Assembly: GCA_010015805.1 (NCBI GenBank)
Contig: ML978123.1
Coordinates: 1,798,001-1,862,000 of the forward strand
DNA length: 64,000 nucleotides
Source of the DNA: Rhizodiscina lignyota
Taxonomy: Eukaryota
Direction of reading: 5' to 3'
Below the pieces are notes generated by a model, which saw nothing but the letters and a program-made list of their open reading frames with translations, did no database searches and was not told the origin of the DNA. This document shows, in pieces, positions 50,183 through 62,819 of this stretch; the stretch's first letter is position 1; every line of letters begins with the position of its first letter. A program made the translations under genes and the position numbers.

Positions 50183-52838
50183 CTAGCCCCTGGGCGCAAC
50201 AATACCACCAGCGGGGTGCCCAATACCCAATCCACTGGCTTGGCTCAAGCTTCGATGGAACGATCCGATGCGCTGGAAGCCCCTGGCCATTATTAATAAC
50301 ACTTAATTGACCAAATCAAATCATCGGCGCAACTCACTTTGTCAGATCAATACCACCTTCCTCATCACCTCCTCCAAGCATACTGCTCCTCTGAGCTGCG
50401 GGGGCAGCTCCGTTACCCGCAGTCGCAGAAAGCACAGGCGCAGTGCCTAGATTAAGTTTCGGTATTGGCGGTTGAGCGGGCACTGGTCCACCGGCAAGTT
50501 GGCGGCTCACAGGTCGCGAGATTGTGCGGCTAGGAGAGACCTCATCGACAGGGGAGTTGTCGTCGTCAGCAGAGTCGCCAAAACCATCGAGGTTGAGCTT
50601 GACACTGTTCGGGACGGGCGGCGAGGAAGCATGAGCAGTGTTTGGGCGGGTATCGTCGCCGTTTCCTCCCACGGAAGCGCCATTGACCTGTATCGCTGTT
50701 CCCATGTCTCCCTCACGCTTGTCGATCTGCATTGCATCTCCTTCTTCTTCATCTTCGCTATCATCTCCATTCTTCTTCTCGGGACTAGCGAGACCTTCAA
50801 GAGGCCTTGCTGGCGTGCTTCCAAGGTCTGCATACTTCCAGAACGGCGCGGGTGAGCTGAAGAGCATGTGCTGACTAGGTAGATGGGCAGTGCTTGGAGG
50901 TGCCAAGTGCGGCTTGTGTCTACTCAGCGGCGTCTGCAGCGCAAGTCCGCTGTTCGGATAGTCAGCGTAGTGACCGCCAAGGGCGTGAGGCGCGGATGTC
51001 GTTCCAGGATGCAAAGGTCCCAGCATCGGGGGAGAATTGGCGGCTGCCTCTGCCAGCGCAGCAGTGCGAGCGTTTGTGTTCACAGCGCTTGTATAACCGC
51101 TTCTGCCACCAGGAAGCTGAGCAGATGCACGAGAAAATACCGGCGTCTGCGCGCTCGGTGCGTCGTTGGCGAATCCAGACGCGCCATCGTTCTGCAGACC
51201 TGCATGGCGAGGCCCTCGCTCGGGGGTGTAGCTTTCGGTGGCAGTGGGATAACTCGTAAGCGGTGGCGTATCGCTGCGAGGGCTGGTTTTCATTTCCTCA
51301 TCTTGTGCGCGCGCGTTGCTAGCGGCGGAGGCTCTGGCCGCATGGCTCAGGACCCCTTGAAGCCGTTCAGCCGCCCGCATAGAGCTAGACGGGGCACCAG
51401 CTGCAGGAGAATTCGGTCCAGAAGAGCCAACACGCGTAAATGCCTTGCGAGGATTCGTGATGTTCTTCTTGAGGAATTCCTCGCGCTGATCAGCGACGAT
51501 CTGCCACTTCATACCCTTTCCAGGCTCATCCGTGGCACGGGGGACTTTCTCAAAACATTTGTTAAGAGACAAGTTGTGTCGAATTGAGTTTTGCCAACCA
51601 ACAGTGCTCCCGTGACGGTAGAAAGCGTAATGCTCCTTGATGAACTCGTAGATCTTGGCTAGGGTACATTTCTCTCCAGGACTTGCCAGGATGGCTTGAC
51701 CGATGAGTTGCGCGTAGCTGTGCGGAGGCTTTGTATCCTTATGATGGTCAGCAGAGTAATCGATGTCCTCCATACTCTCCAGAACCATCCCACGGCCCAT
51801 GCCAGGCGAAGGTTTGGATCTGCTCTGTGCATCTCTGCTACGATGGGTGAGGGGAGTGGTTGGTATTGGACCTGCTGCATGTGAGGCACCATGATGAAAG
51901 GAACGGGTTTGGGGAACATTGGTACCGAGGCCCCGAGGTGGAGCATACTGCTGCGAGGCACTTTGCGTCATGCCCGACAGCGATCCCCTACGTCCAGTTG
52001 GTCCCAAATGATCTTGGGGGTACTCGTCCTCAGTCTCGCCATCTTCAGTGAGTTGTGCCAGGATTGAGGGATGGACGATGAATTCGGACTGAGGCAAAGT
52101 GAACATCATCTGCGTTCCAACAACAGAGATGACAGCGCCGGAATGCAGATACGACTTGTCGCCCTTCTCGAATCTTCTATCGTCAATGAGGAGGCCGTTC
52201 CTACCATTGACGGTGAGCAGCCAATTGTCTTGCTCCGGAACAAACTCGATGATCGCGTGCAAGCGGGACACTTGTTGTTCCGGGCCCAGGTCGATATCGA
52301 TGCTGAAGTCGCCGCCTTGCGATCCTGCTGATGGGCTGGTGTCTGGACCACTTCGCTTCACTTGCGCAGGCTTGACGGGGCGACCGATAGTGAAGGAGGT
52401 CTTCTGAGCAAAATATGTCCAGTTCCTTCCCGAGACTCTCGCATACGCGTCCAGGCGGTCTTTATCGAGGAGGGCATTGTTGAGGGCGGAGGCGGCATTG
52501 ACGGTATAAGTCGCCACTTTCAACTTCGTGATGAATTTTGCCGAGTAGCTCAGCTGCTTGCTCCATGTGTTCTCTTCGTCGGAGGGAATTTCCTGAGGGA
52601 CGGTGGTTTGGGATTCTGGAGACTCAGCGCGGGCAACCTTGGCTGCCTTGACATTTCCCGCATTGCCAGTGACCTGCAAATGATAAGCTGCCTTTGTTGG
52701 CGAATGGTTGCTAGAGTGAAGTTGTACCCTTCTGCGCTTCCTGGTTGGCGTATTGTTCAGCATTTCCGCAGTTTCGGCATCGACTGGTTCTGGCGGAGGC
52801 TCTTTGGCACGAGCACGGCGACGTCCAGTAGGCGGCAT
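50183..52838 (-). CDS. FKH1: Forkhead transcription factor with FHA domain (Fkh1/Fkh2/Sep1 type)
   Basis: FHA: AYARVSG..IGR..DLGPEQQVSRLHA..GRNG. Forkhead: KPPHSYAQLIGQAIL, GWQNSIRHNLSLNKCFEKV, EPGKGMKW. Terminal exon GFQRIGSFH...RG*. Confidence 0.88.
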
Positions 52839-53677
52839 GGCGGATATGGATGTTGATGAGTGCAGGAATGTTTGTTGTGGGGGACGAAGGCAGGTGCGGT
52901 GGACCTTTAAAAAGGCAGTGTTGACCTTCACTTGCGCACACGAGGAAGGAAGGGGCCGATTTCGCTGTTGAGCAACGCAGCACACAAGCAAACACAACTC
53001 CACAGATTCGGCGGGTATTCTCTATCCCCGCTGGTTGATTCGCCCGTTGCGCTCCTCGCCCAATTTGTCGTCGTTGTGGGGTTTGCGCGAGAGTGTAAAC
53101 ATCCACGGCAGCAGGCACATCGACGACCGCGTTGTTTTGCTCTGGCACGCGGAGGAGGCAGCAGCAGGCCAAAGTCAGGTAGCCGCTGCGTGTGATGCGC
53201 TGCAGATGTGACGCTGGCGGTGAGGAGAAGGGGTTATCGACGCTTTCTCTCGGAAGGACAGGCGATTGTGCGTGAATTGGTCGATGTCAGTGAGCTAGGT
53301 TCTGGCCTGAGCGTGTAAAACGCGTCGGTGACTAAGCGAAAATCCTCCACTATCGTCGTCATCAAATCGGGTCAAGCCAGGCGCCACTCGGCGCAAGATC
53401 GCTTTCTCCGCCCCATATCTCAATCTCTTTGGTGTCTTGCTTTCCTTTTCTACATGCTACGGACCTTTGCAATTATAGACACAGTAAATTAATTTCAATT
53501 GCCCTCAGAGGAGAATTTTCTCACTTTCTTATGAGCATTCAGGTACATTCGAGGCAAAGCAAACAAGCCTTAACAGAGACCTTCACAAACTCTATTGTTT
53601 TCTCTTATGAAATCTCAATCATCACATTGATCACTCGTGTATGAGACTTGTCCATAATCGTGTTCTAATCCTTCAAC

Positions 53678-54237
53678 ATGTCCTGGGGTAGAGGTGGTGC
53701 GGGCAACATTTGGCAAGCTCAAGTAGAGAACAAGCGTGTAGCAGAAGTAAATGCTCCCACCTGCCATGATACACTTGTATTTGCATTTTGCTAATATACA
53801 TTAAGGATGTTGAAGCTCAGCACTCACAGTCAACCGCAAGCCCGAGTGCTCCATCAATATCGACCAATATGAGTTCTGAGCCACAGCAGTACGCTCACTC
53901 TGGTCGAGGCGGCGCAGGAAACTGGTATTCTCCCGTCGAACTCTCGCAGCACGGCACTTTCAGCTCGACATCTACATCGCCTACATCACCAAGTAGTGTC
54001 ACTCCAACCTCCGCCACGGCTACTGGAGCTATGCATCAGGAATTGCCTTCAGCCAAGAGCGGTCGAGGAGGCATGGGCAACTTTGTGTGGGGCCCTTCTG
54101 AGAAAGAGAAGGAGGAATGGGAACGACGAAGGCAGGAGGAAGAGAGAGTCAGGGCGCAGGCCACAATGAACGTGGATCAGGTTCTCGCAAAGCCTTCGAG
54201 CGTTTTCTTGCCGGCAGGTGAAGAAAAACGGATATGA
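53678..54237 (+). CDS. Small GRGGAGN-repeat protein (DUF3602/Par32-like), intron ~53747-53805
   Basis: Three motifs: GRGGAGNI, GRGGAGNW, GRGGMGNF. Confidence 0.75.
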
Positions 54238-54572
54238 GGAAGGTCAAATCTACATCTAGTCTTCAACCCTGGCGATCCAATCTACCGGAATATGAGAACC
54301 GACATATCTGCTGTATATAATGTTGATACATCTACGCCAGTGGGACAGAATTTGCTAAACCTTTTCTAAACATAGAGTGGAAGTGAGCAGGGTTCCCCGC
54401 ATATGTACGATATATGCACATAAGTAGTGAAACCGAATCTCGCGGTTTGTTTGTCGATTGCTGTAAGTCCAGAGCCGCATGCATCATGCAGCATGACCGC
54501 GAGTCAACATGGAGCGTGCCAATGATGTCTGTTGCATTCTTTCCTAAGACGATCTGAGACGTGGCAGCGAGC

Positions 54573-56725
54573 ATGCTTTGCGGCGTCTGTGAAAAACTAA
54601 ATCTTTCAGTCGATGACTTCATCGTTGGCAATATCGATCGAGGCACATTCTACGATGAATACTACGACCTTGGCACTGTGTGTAACGTCCGCCAAAGGGC
54701 CTCTTCTTGTTCCTTATGTCGCATCGCTCTCGAAACAGTTGATCTGAGCGAGCCCACTGGCCGGGATGATATCGAGAACAGCAACTGTCAGCTCCATTGG
54801 CAAAGCGAAGGCTTTGCGGCGGGCGAGGAGGAACCGAAAGTTCGCTTCTTGAAGGTCATTGTTCAATCATCATCGGTGTCAGTGCCTGAATTCCACCGCA
54901 TCTGCCTTCTCGGTGACGATGCACCTCAAGGAGCACAAAAGCTCTTCCTTGGGCGCAGAGTCCCTGACAAAATTTCCATTCATCGTATCAAGAGTTGGAT
55001 TCGGAGTTGTCAGAGCTTTCATGATGACAACTGCAATGACATAGTCAACCGACCAGAGTCCGAAATGCCGGTGAGGTTTCGGGTGCTTGACGTATGGAAT
55101 CTATGCGTCGTCCCTGAACCTCCGCCGGATTGCAGATATCTGGCACTGAGCTACGTGTGGGGCCGTCCATCATCGGTCTTGAAGCTGTCCACGGCCAACT
55201 TTGCAGAGCTGACAGAGCCCCGGGCTTTGAAACGAGAGTGGCACCAGATACCACGGACGATTCAGGATGCTATTGTCCTTACTTCTTCTCTCGGCGAACG
55301 CTATCTCTGGATAGACAGCTTATGCATCGTACAGGATGATGACGAAGACAAGAATGCTCTGATCCCATTCATGGATATGATCTATGACCGCGCCTTTCTG
55401 ACCGTCGTCGCGGCTACCGGCCAGAGCTCAGAAGCCGGATTACCGGGCCTTCACAAAGGTACGAGACGTAAGAAGCCAACTATCGAGCAGCTGAAGCCAG
55501 GACTACGCGTTATGTGCCCAAAGCATCTCGCCGATGCGTTAGACCAGTCTTATTACGACAGAAGAGGATGGACGTGAGTTGAAGCCCTCCCAGGGATATC
55601 CCTCCCTTTCCGCATGATGCATTCTAACTTACACGCAGCTATCAGGAAAAGGTATTCTCGAGACGTCGCCTCTTCTTCATTGATGGACAAGTCGTATTCC
55701 AGTGTCGGTCTGCAGTCTTTCGCGAGGATGTCGCCCTCGAAGATTGGAGGATCACATCCTGTCAAGACGAAATGGGCATGCGGTTCTTCAAGGGGCTGGT
55801 CGCGGGCGACGAGCCACAAAGTGTCTACGTCGCAACGCTTTGGGAGTACTCCAGTCGCGAATTTTCCTTCAATAGCGACGCGATAAATGCGTTCACCGGC
55901 ATTTTGGAGGTACTGGTTAGGCGACTGGTAGGCAACCCCGACCCCCAGAGCTCTAGTCACGGTTCGGTCTGTGGATTGCCGACCGCTATATTCGACTGGG
56001 CGCTTTTGTGGGAACCGGTAACTCCTCTGGAGAGAAGAGAGGGTGCATCTTGGCCATCTTGGTCCTGGTGTGGCTGGAATGGCCGAGTTTCTTTATTTCT
56101 TTCAAGCATGGACGATGCAGCGCTCCAAAACTGGCTGAGTTCACAGACATGGGTCAGGTGGCTTGTATATGAGCAGAGCAAAGACCTGGCAGCTACTCAT
56201 CTGCGACGGGTTGATTATGCCCATCGCCAGAATGCTCTCTTCCCGCCAGATCTGTATCCACCGGTGACTCTACCGCCATCCTCTGGAGCCGCTCACCAGG
56301 GACTGCTCAAGACCCAACCCCTCCAAGATCGCTCATGCAGTTTCCTCTATTTTGCTACACTGTCAATGACTTTCAGCGTACAGTCCACCGAGGTATTCCG
56401 GGGACCATGGCGTGGCTACCAGATCTGTCGGGGGGATGAAACTCCTTGTGGCAAAATATGGTTGGACGCGGAATGGAAATGCGCTTCTGGCCGGGAGCAC
56501 GAATTTTTGGCGCTCTCTGGAGCAAAGTCGAGCAGCATCGCCTACATCCAGCTGCCTGCTCGAGAAGCTGAGAAAGACGTGAATGAATGGGATGCATATC
56601 ACGTTATGATGATTCATTACCCCAAAGTTGGCGCTCCAGCACAGAGAATGGGGCTGGGAATAATTCTGCAAGAGTCAATGAGTGAGAAATTCGGGGCAGT
56701 TTGGAAAGACGTATGGCTACAATAA
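54573..56725 (+). CDS. Heterokaryon incompatibility (HET) domain protein, intron 55574-55638
   Basis: YLALSYVWG, IPRTIQDAI, RYLWIDSLCIVQD, MDMIYDRAFLTVVAA, RGWT|YQEKVFSRR, PSWSWCGW. Confidence 0.92.
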
Positions 56726-57075
56726 GACACGATAGGTAAAGCCACAGTAGCATCGTCTTCATTTGACAGGACTACACACGTTAAGTTTTGAGAGAGTTGT
56801 TGAAGTTGAAACAAAGCAAAGTCGTTAGGCAAATATCCCAGAGCTCAGCGCTTGCGCACCTTGAGCCCACATGCAAACCCAGAAGCAAACCCAGACCAAG
56901 GGTGAAAAAAGAGAAGAATGAAAGAAGCCATTCCAGTGTAGTGATCCCCTGAACTCCACCCGCCTTCACGTCCCTATTTCATACAGTATCCCAGCTAGAG
57001 ATGTTGCCTCTAAGAGGCTGAGATGGTTGACCATGCTGTGTGGGGTAAAAATAAAAGGCCAGTTAGAAGATAGGT

Positions 57076-59327
57076 TTAAGACTCGCCTTGCACAGCCCTG
57101 AGCACGGGATATAAACTTTCCGCATCCCTCTGATCCTCAGTCTTCATGTCCTCGTCCATCTTGTCCTCGTGCACGTGGTTATCCTTTCCTGCCGCCTCCG
57201 CCGCTTCATCTTCGTCGTAGTCCTGTCTCTCAAGTCTGCTTTTGACATAGTCTTTCAGCATCTCGATCATGCGAATGTTCTCGACCCAAGCTTCCTGCTT
57301 GTTGTCTGCATCATCTCTGTTTGGCGTTCCGGTCTCGTGCTCATCGCTCTTATCACCTGGGGAACGCATCGCAGGGTCGATCATGCTAGGCGACATGATG
57401 TTCATCTTGCCAATGTCGCGACCAAGTTGCCTTCCACGCTCCTCAGCACTAGGCGAGCTAGGCGAGTTAGAGCCGTCACCAGAGTGTGGTGCCTTTGGGC
57501 TTTGCGTTGGCGTGTCCTCATCCATGCGCTCGTCGTAGCTGCCATGACGCTCAGGAGCTTGCCTTTGCAAGAGGCTACCGCTATAGCGCCTCCTGCCATC
57601 AGAATCGAAGCCGCTTGCAAGGCTCGATGCTGGTGCACCACTCGTGCTGTAGCCACTGGAGTTGATGTCGCCCATGGCACTAACTGCTGGAAGGGTGGGG
57701 TACATAGAGCCGCCGAGACCAGCATTGGGCACCCGAGATGGGCTGATGTTGGAGCCTGAATGGTTGCTGCCCGGAGATTGGCCATTATTTGAAGTGTAGC
57801 TCATAACGCTGCTAGCTGGGGTGAGCGCTGGAGTCTCTGTAGCAGGAGCCGCGATGGGTGCGAGAGCGCTTGCGTGCGAGGAATTCAAACCTCCAGCATG
57901 AGACGGGGCCTGGCCGACGGAAGGTGGCGAGTTGGACGAACGTCCATAGTTGAGGCCGGGGTGAACATAGTGCGAGCCAGCTTGCGCAACGCCAGCTGCG
58001 GCAGCCTGCTGACTGTTCTCATAGACCGTGCTCTGGAGCTGCTCGAGGAACTGGTCGATGTTAAGCAGATCATTCTTGGTGCGCAGGTTAGGCAGAGGAA
58101 GAGTGTAGTGCTGATGGGGAAGATGCGCAGCTGGTGCTGCCATTCCACCGCCATAAGAATCGGAGCCAGAGTAACCACCGCCAACGGTACCAAGCATTGG
58201 AAGTTGGACGCCTTGCAAAGCCATAAGACGATGACCGACATCGTAGTAGGTCGACGGGTCGATGATACGACGCTTGGCGTCGCCGAAGAATTCGTTCAAA
58301 GCATCGAATGCAGCGCGCTTCCGAACCTCATAGTCGTTGCTCATACTAGTGGGCTGGTTCACTGCATAGTAGACTGGACCATACGCGCTGCCTTGCGGTG
58401 CGGCGGGTGCATTGTGGTACGGTCCTTGGGCGTTGCCATTCTGGTAGTAGCCACCAGCTCCAGAAAGGCCATGATCGGGATAGTAGCCGCTTGCAGTAGC
58501 AGCGAGAGTTTGGAGGTCAGCAACCACTGTGAGGTCTTAGCATATCTCTTATAGGAGCATGTAGTTAGCTTACATTTGTTACTGTTAGCAGGTTGATATC
58601 CGCCACCGGGTCCATTCTGATTGGCGCGGTCTGGCTGAGGCGAGCGAAGCAGAACAGAGTCATCAGCGTGAGTCTTGACGTGTTTCTTCAAATCCTGAGG
58701 GCGCTTGAAGGCCTTGCCGCAGAAGTCGCATTTGTGAGGCTTCAGCGGGACGTGGACGCGAATGTGCGAAGTAATGTGATCGCGCTTCACCGTCGTGGTC
58801 CTGCAGTTTCCCCACTGGCAGGTGAGGTTCAAGTTGTTTGTGCTCTTGCGACCAACGTGGCGCTCGCACACATGATCCTGCGATATTCTTGTCAGCGTTC
58901 ATTGTCGATGCAAACAAGGCGAGTCTTGGCTTTAGAAATTTCCGCCGTGCGCTGTTCAGGAGAGCAGAAGATCAAGTCTTGGCCGCTCTTCGTCTTGGCA
59001 CGACGGTTTTAAGCCAACTTCATCTCTCATCTTCAACATTCATCTTCCACTTCGACGAAATGCAAATCACGGGCAAACGCGCAACGCGTTGTTGCGTCGT
59101 ACAAAAGGAATGAGGCTACTCACATAAAGCTGCTCTGCGGTGGCGCACCGCTCACCACAGCTCTGCCACTGGCACGTCAACGAGTCGCCGCCGACGTTAG
59201 CCTGCGCAACAGACTGCACTGGAGTCGTGCTCTGAGGAGGCATCTGGTTCGCGTTCGGAGCCTGGTTCTGCTGCTGGGGCGTGCCGCCAGGCGCTCCTAC
59301 CGGAGCAGAATTATCTGCTGTTGACAT
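57076..59327 (-). CDS. pacC: pH-response C2H2 transcription factor PacC/Rim101, introns 58878-59123 and 58527-58573
   Basis: Three zinc fingers ([54 protein letters not shown]), two YPxL PalA-binding motifs (YPTL, YPVL), signalling-protease-box-like [15 protein letters not shown]. Confidence 0.97.
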
Positions 59328-60430
59328 TTAGGCTGCGAGAAAAGGTGTTCGTTCGGAGAAGGTTGCGGAAGGCAAAACCACAACGCGTCGAAAATGGATA
59401 AAATCTTCGGTCGGATCTTTCAACACGGTTTAGGCAACACTGTGACAGCGTAAAAGAGCGTGTTTTCGCAGTGCTTCGCCGCCTTTTGGGGTGTTCGCGT
59501 TGGTGAAGAGGGAAAAGATGGCGGGAGGGCGGGGAGGAGGTCTTGTAACTCTGGGCAGCTGGGCACCGGGAGCGGATTACGCAAACGCCGAGGCCGCAGC
59601 CCCGAGCTTGGCTCGCTTCACTCAGCAGGTCTCGGCAAGGGCTAAAGCGCTGCTGCTGGGCGAGTCAGGCAGGCTTGCCTCCCCCTTGCGCGTGGGTGCG
59701 CTCGCAGACTCTCGTTGATTGCTCGCGCCTGCTGCATCGCCCCGTCGAGCTCGCCAGCGCTGCACGCTTTTGCGAGCCATCGGCCTTGGCGTTTCTAGCG
59801 CGCGCACAGCATCGGCGAATCAACATGCTCGAGGCCGCCCGTTTCCCCTCACACCACTCGCCCCAACTAACTAATTCGGCATCCCGAGCGATGGTGCTTC
59901 GGCTAAGTCACGGCAGGGCTTTGGCGATAGTGCTCCGTATGGCAGGCAGGTCGAGGCATCGCCACAGTGTAACAGGCACTTTCAGCTCAAATTGACTCAG
60001 CTGCAACACCGTCGACCGCTCTCCGTATATAAGTGATACGATCTTACCTAATGCCAGATCTGGCCTCTAGAATTGTGCGCCAAGCCCTCTCACACAGGAT
60101 CCGCGTGTCCGCGCAACGAGTGGGTGACAACCCTGTTTCAGTCCGGCCGCAGAGTGAGCGTGGGTCGCCTTGGGGGTTCTTGGGTCATCAACTCCGCCCA
60201 TCTTGGCCACTTGGCCGCTGATGCCAATGCGCCCGCCCTTGGCTGGAGTCGCGGAACTCTTGTCCTCGCTCACACGACTCCTCTTGGCTTGCAACGAGCA
60301 AAATTGCGAAACCGACGAGGTTGCATCTGCTCACGAAGCCTCGCGGTGCTCCACCGACCCATCCAGCACAGGTATTCACCAATTCGATCGACGTTTTAAG
60401 CGCTTTTCACATGGCACGATAAGGCTTGGC
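58925..60430. promoter_or_regulatory. Cluster of PacC consensus sites (GCCAAG) in pacC intron 1 and upstream region
   Basis: CTTGGC at 58925, 58978, 58994, 59607, 59785, 60202, 60210, 60238, 60283 and 60425; GCCAAG at 60079. Confidence 0.8.
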
Positions 60431-61849
60431 ACAGTCGTTTTTAGCTGGCAATTATGCCCAATCACCGTGCGGGACGCGTGGAAGTGTATACTTTCTACGG
60501 TTCCGAGGTTAGTGACTTCAGTTGACCTAGATAAGAACAGAGCAGTCTTCTACATATATCTTTCGCTACATCTGACTGAGGAATTTCTCTGAAAACAAAA
60601 GGCCGACAGCCAGGGGGAAAGAGCATTCCAACTAAGCGCTCGCCTAAGCTCTGACCCCCGAGTTCGTGATAGCTTATTGGGGGTAGGGCTTCCTCACCTT
60701 GCACTATACGGAGTAACAAGTAGTATGACTGAGAGGCAAGTCCCACGAAATTCATGGAAAATAAGCCGCAGAATGAGCCATCTCTTGATCCGCTTTTCCA
60801 AAGGACCACTACCCTCTGCTCTCGGTCAGCAGGCGGTGCCCACAGCGACTTAAATGACGCTCTCTCTCGACAACCGGGAATCAGCGGAAGATGAAGCATC
60901 ATCCCCTCAGCAAACTTTTTCTCTTTGTGAGGGACCACTGACTGATTGGTCATCCTCCCTCTCAACTACTGGAGAAGTAAACTTTCACCATACTGCGATT
61001 GTCCTTGCATGCATCCAATCCTCTCGAGCGCTCCTATCGTATGTGACGCCGCACGCTCGGAGTCCGACCGAGAGTGCCGTGAGCAACTCAGTACGTCAAT
61101 ACCGCATGGGTGTATGGGAATCGCGGACTGCCATCGAGAAAATGGCTTTGCGCATTGTCCTTGGCTGCGTAGCAAGCTTGAAACAATCCCGGATACTGCC
61201 ACATCACCGTTGAGCTACTCGCCAGTCAAATGGGCGGTCACTGGCTGGGGTGCCAAAGAGGGAGACGATGGGATGGAAAGAGAATGGCTGGAAGATAAGA
61301 TTGGGCTGGATCTGCGCCGCACGCCACCTGATGTGCAGTGACGTAGGCATTCCCGTCTACCCGCGAACGAAGCTGCCCCAAGGAAACTCCGATGCGTTTA
61401 CTAAGGGGGCACAAGCATTGGAAATCGTCCGTCAAGCAATAATACCAAGGCCTTCCGTCTTGTCCCTTAAGAGTGCATCTGAGCGCAGCGTTCTCGTCGC
61501 TTTCTGTTATTCCTCGAATTCATAGAATTTGGAGGGGCAAACGAGCAGCAGCGTTTGTTGCAGTACCTTATATATCTACAGGCAACTGCGAGAATCCGGC
61601 TCTTCCTGCACACATACCTAAGAAGCGCCTTCACCGCGTTTCACATCATCTGACCACTCCTCATTTTCGTCTTCACTTGCATAATACCTGGTTCTATCGA
61701 GCGAGCGCCGAGTCTATTGTTTAAACACCGCCTAATCCCAAGTACATTTCCACAAAAGAGACGGACACATTGAAAAGTTGTTGATCGGAGATCAATATCA
61801 AACTCTCGACCCCTCACACACTAGTGAGGACCCCGCGTAACCAGCGACC

Positions 61850-62819
61850 ATGGTCAAGATATGGGGCCTCGACCTGAAGGAGATGCAATGGGGGAAGTTC
61901 AAGTCCTCGTACATGTGGAACGACGTCTACCACATGCGCCGAACAAGGTTCATCGTATACCAATGCGCCATGATCTTCTGCGTCGTCTCTGAATCATTAG
62001 GAACGGCCGCGTTATCAAGTCCGTACCCATCCGTGCAGCAATGTGAAGTGCGCAAGCTGACTCCCTGACAACAGATTACATCGACCAGCAGCAGTATATC
62101 ACTAGGATGGACGAGCGTGCTACCGTTCATAACAACGACTTCGTCGGCTCCTTCTCCTACAACATCTTCGTCGGCGTCTTCGTCGCCACCATCTTCGGCA
62201 GCGCCTTCTTCTTCGACCTCTTCTGGCCTGAGCGGTTCGAGTCACGCGCCGTCAAGCTAGCATGGCGCATCTGCTCGGTGCTCTGCATCGCCTTCACCCT
62301 CTCCGCCGCGCTGCTCCTCACCATCGTGCTCTCAACACACACTGCGAAGATCACAGGCGTGGATGCCGCCGAGGCGCGAGAGCTGCTTATCCGGTCGAAG
62401 CCGAACGAGCCGCTCGTGTATAAGCACAACAAGCGCGGAATCGCCAGCGTCGTCTTCATCTGGCCCGGCTTCATCGCCACCATCGCGAGGTAAGCTTTTG
62501 CCCTCATCGCTGACCCGGTAGTTCCCGCTGACACAAAGCACACAGCACGGTACTGCTCTGGCACTCCCTCGCTCACATCGACACCTACGGCCCGTTCTCC
62601 TCGCACGCCCGCCCGAATTGCAAGGACGATTTCGAGCTGCCGAGTGAGCCGAACCCTGATGCTACTTCCGCTGCCGCTGCCGCGCTCGGCTCGTCGAGCC
62701 CGCGCGTGCCGTATGACGTCGACGACACGGGCGTCCCGACGCCGCCAGAGAAGGTGCACCAAGCGCATGCCATAAGGTATTCCATGCCCTATGAGCAGAC
62801 GAAAGTAGTCCAAGTCTAA
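61850..62819 (+). CDS. Fungal ~4-TM membrane protein of unknown function (2 introns)
   Basis: MVKIWGLDLKEMQWGKF..., CVVSESLGTAALS, FGSAFFFDLFWPER. Introns ~62019-62074 and ~62490-62546 restore the frame to TAA at 62817-62819. Confidence 0.8.

Noticed and set aside
59076..59100. CAACGCGTTG palindrome in pacC intron 1
   Set aside because: A single 10-bp palindrome; insufficient for a structured RNA call.
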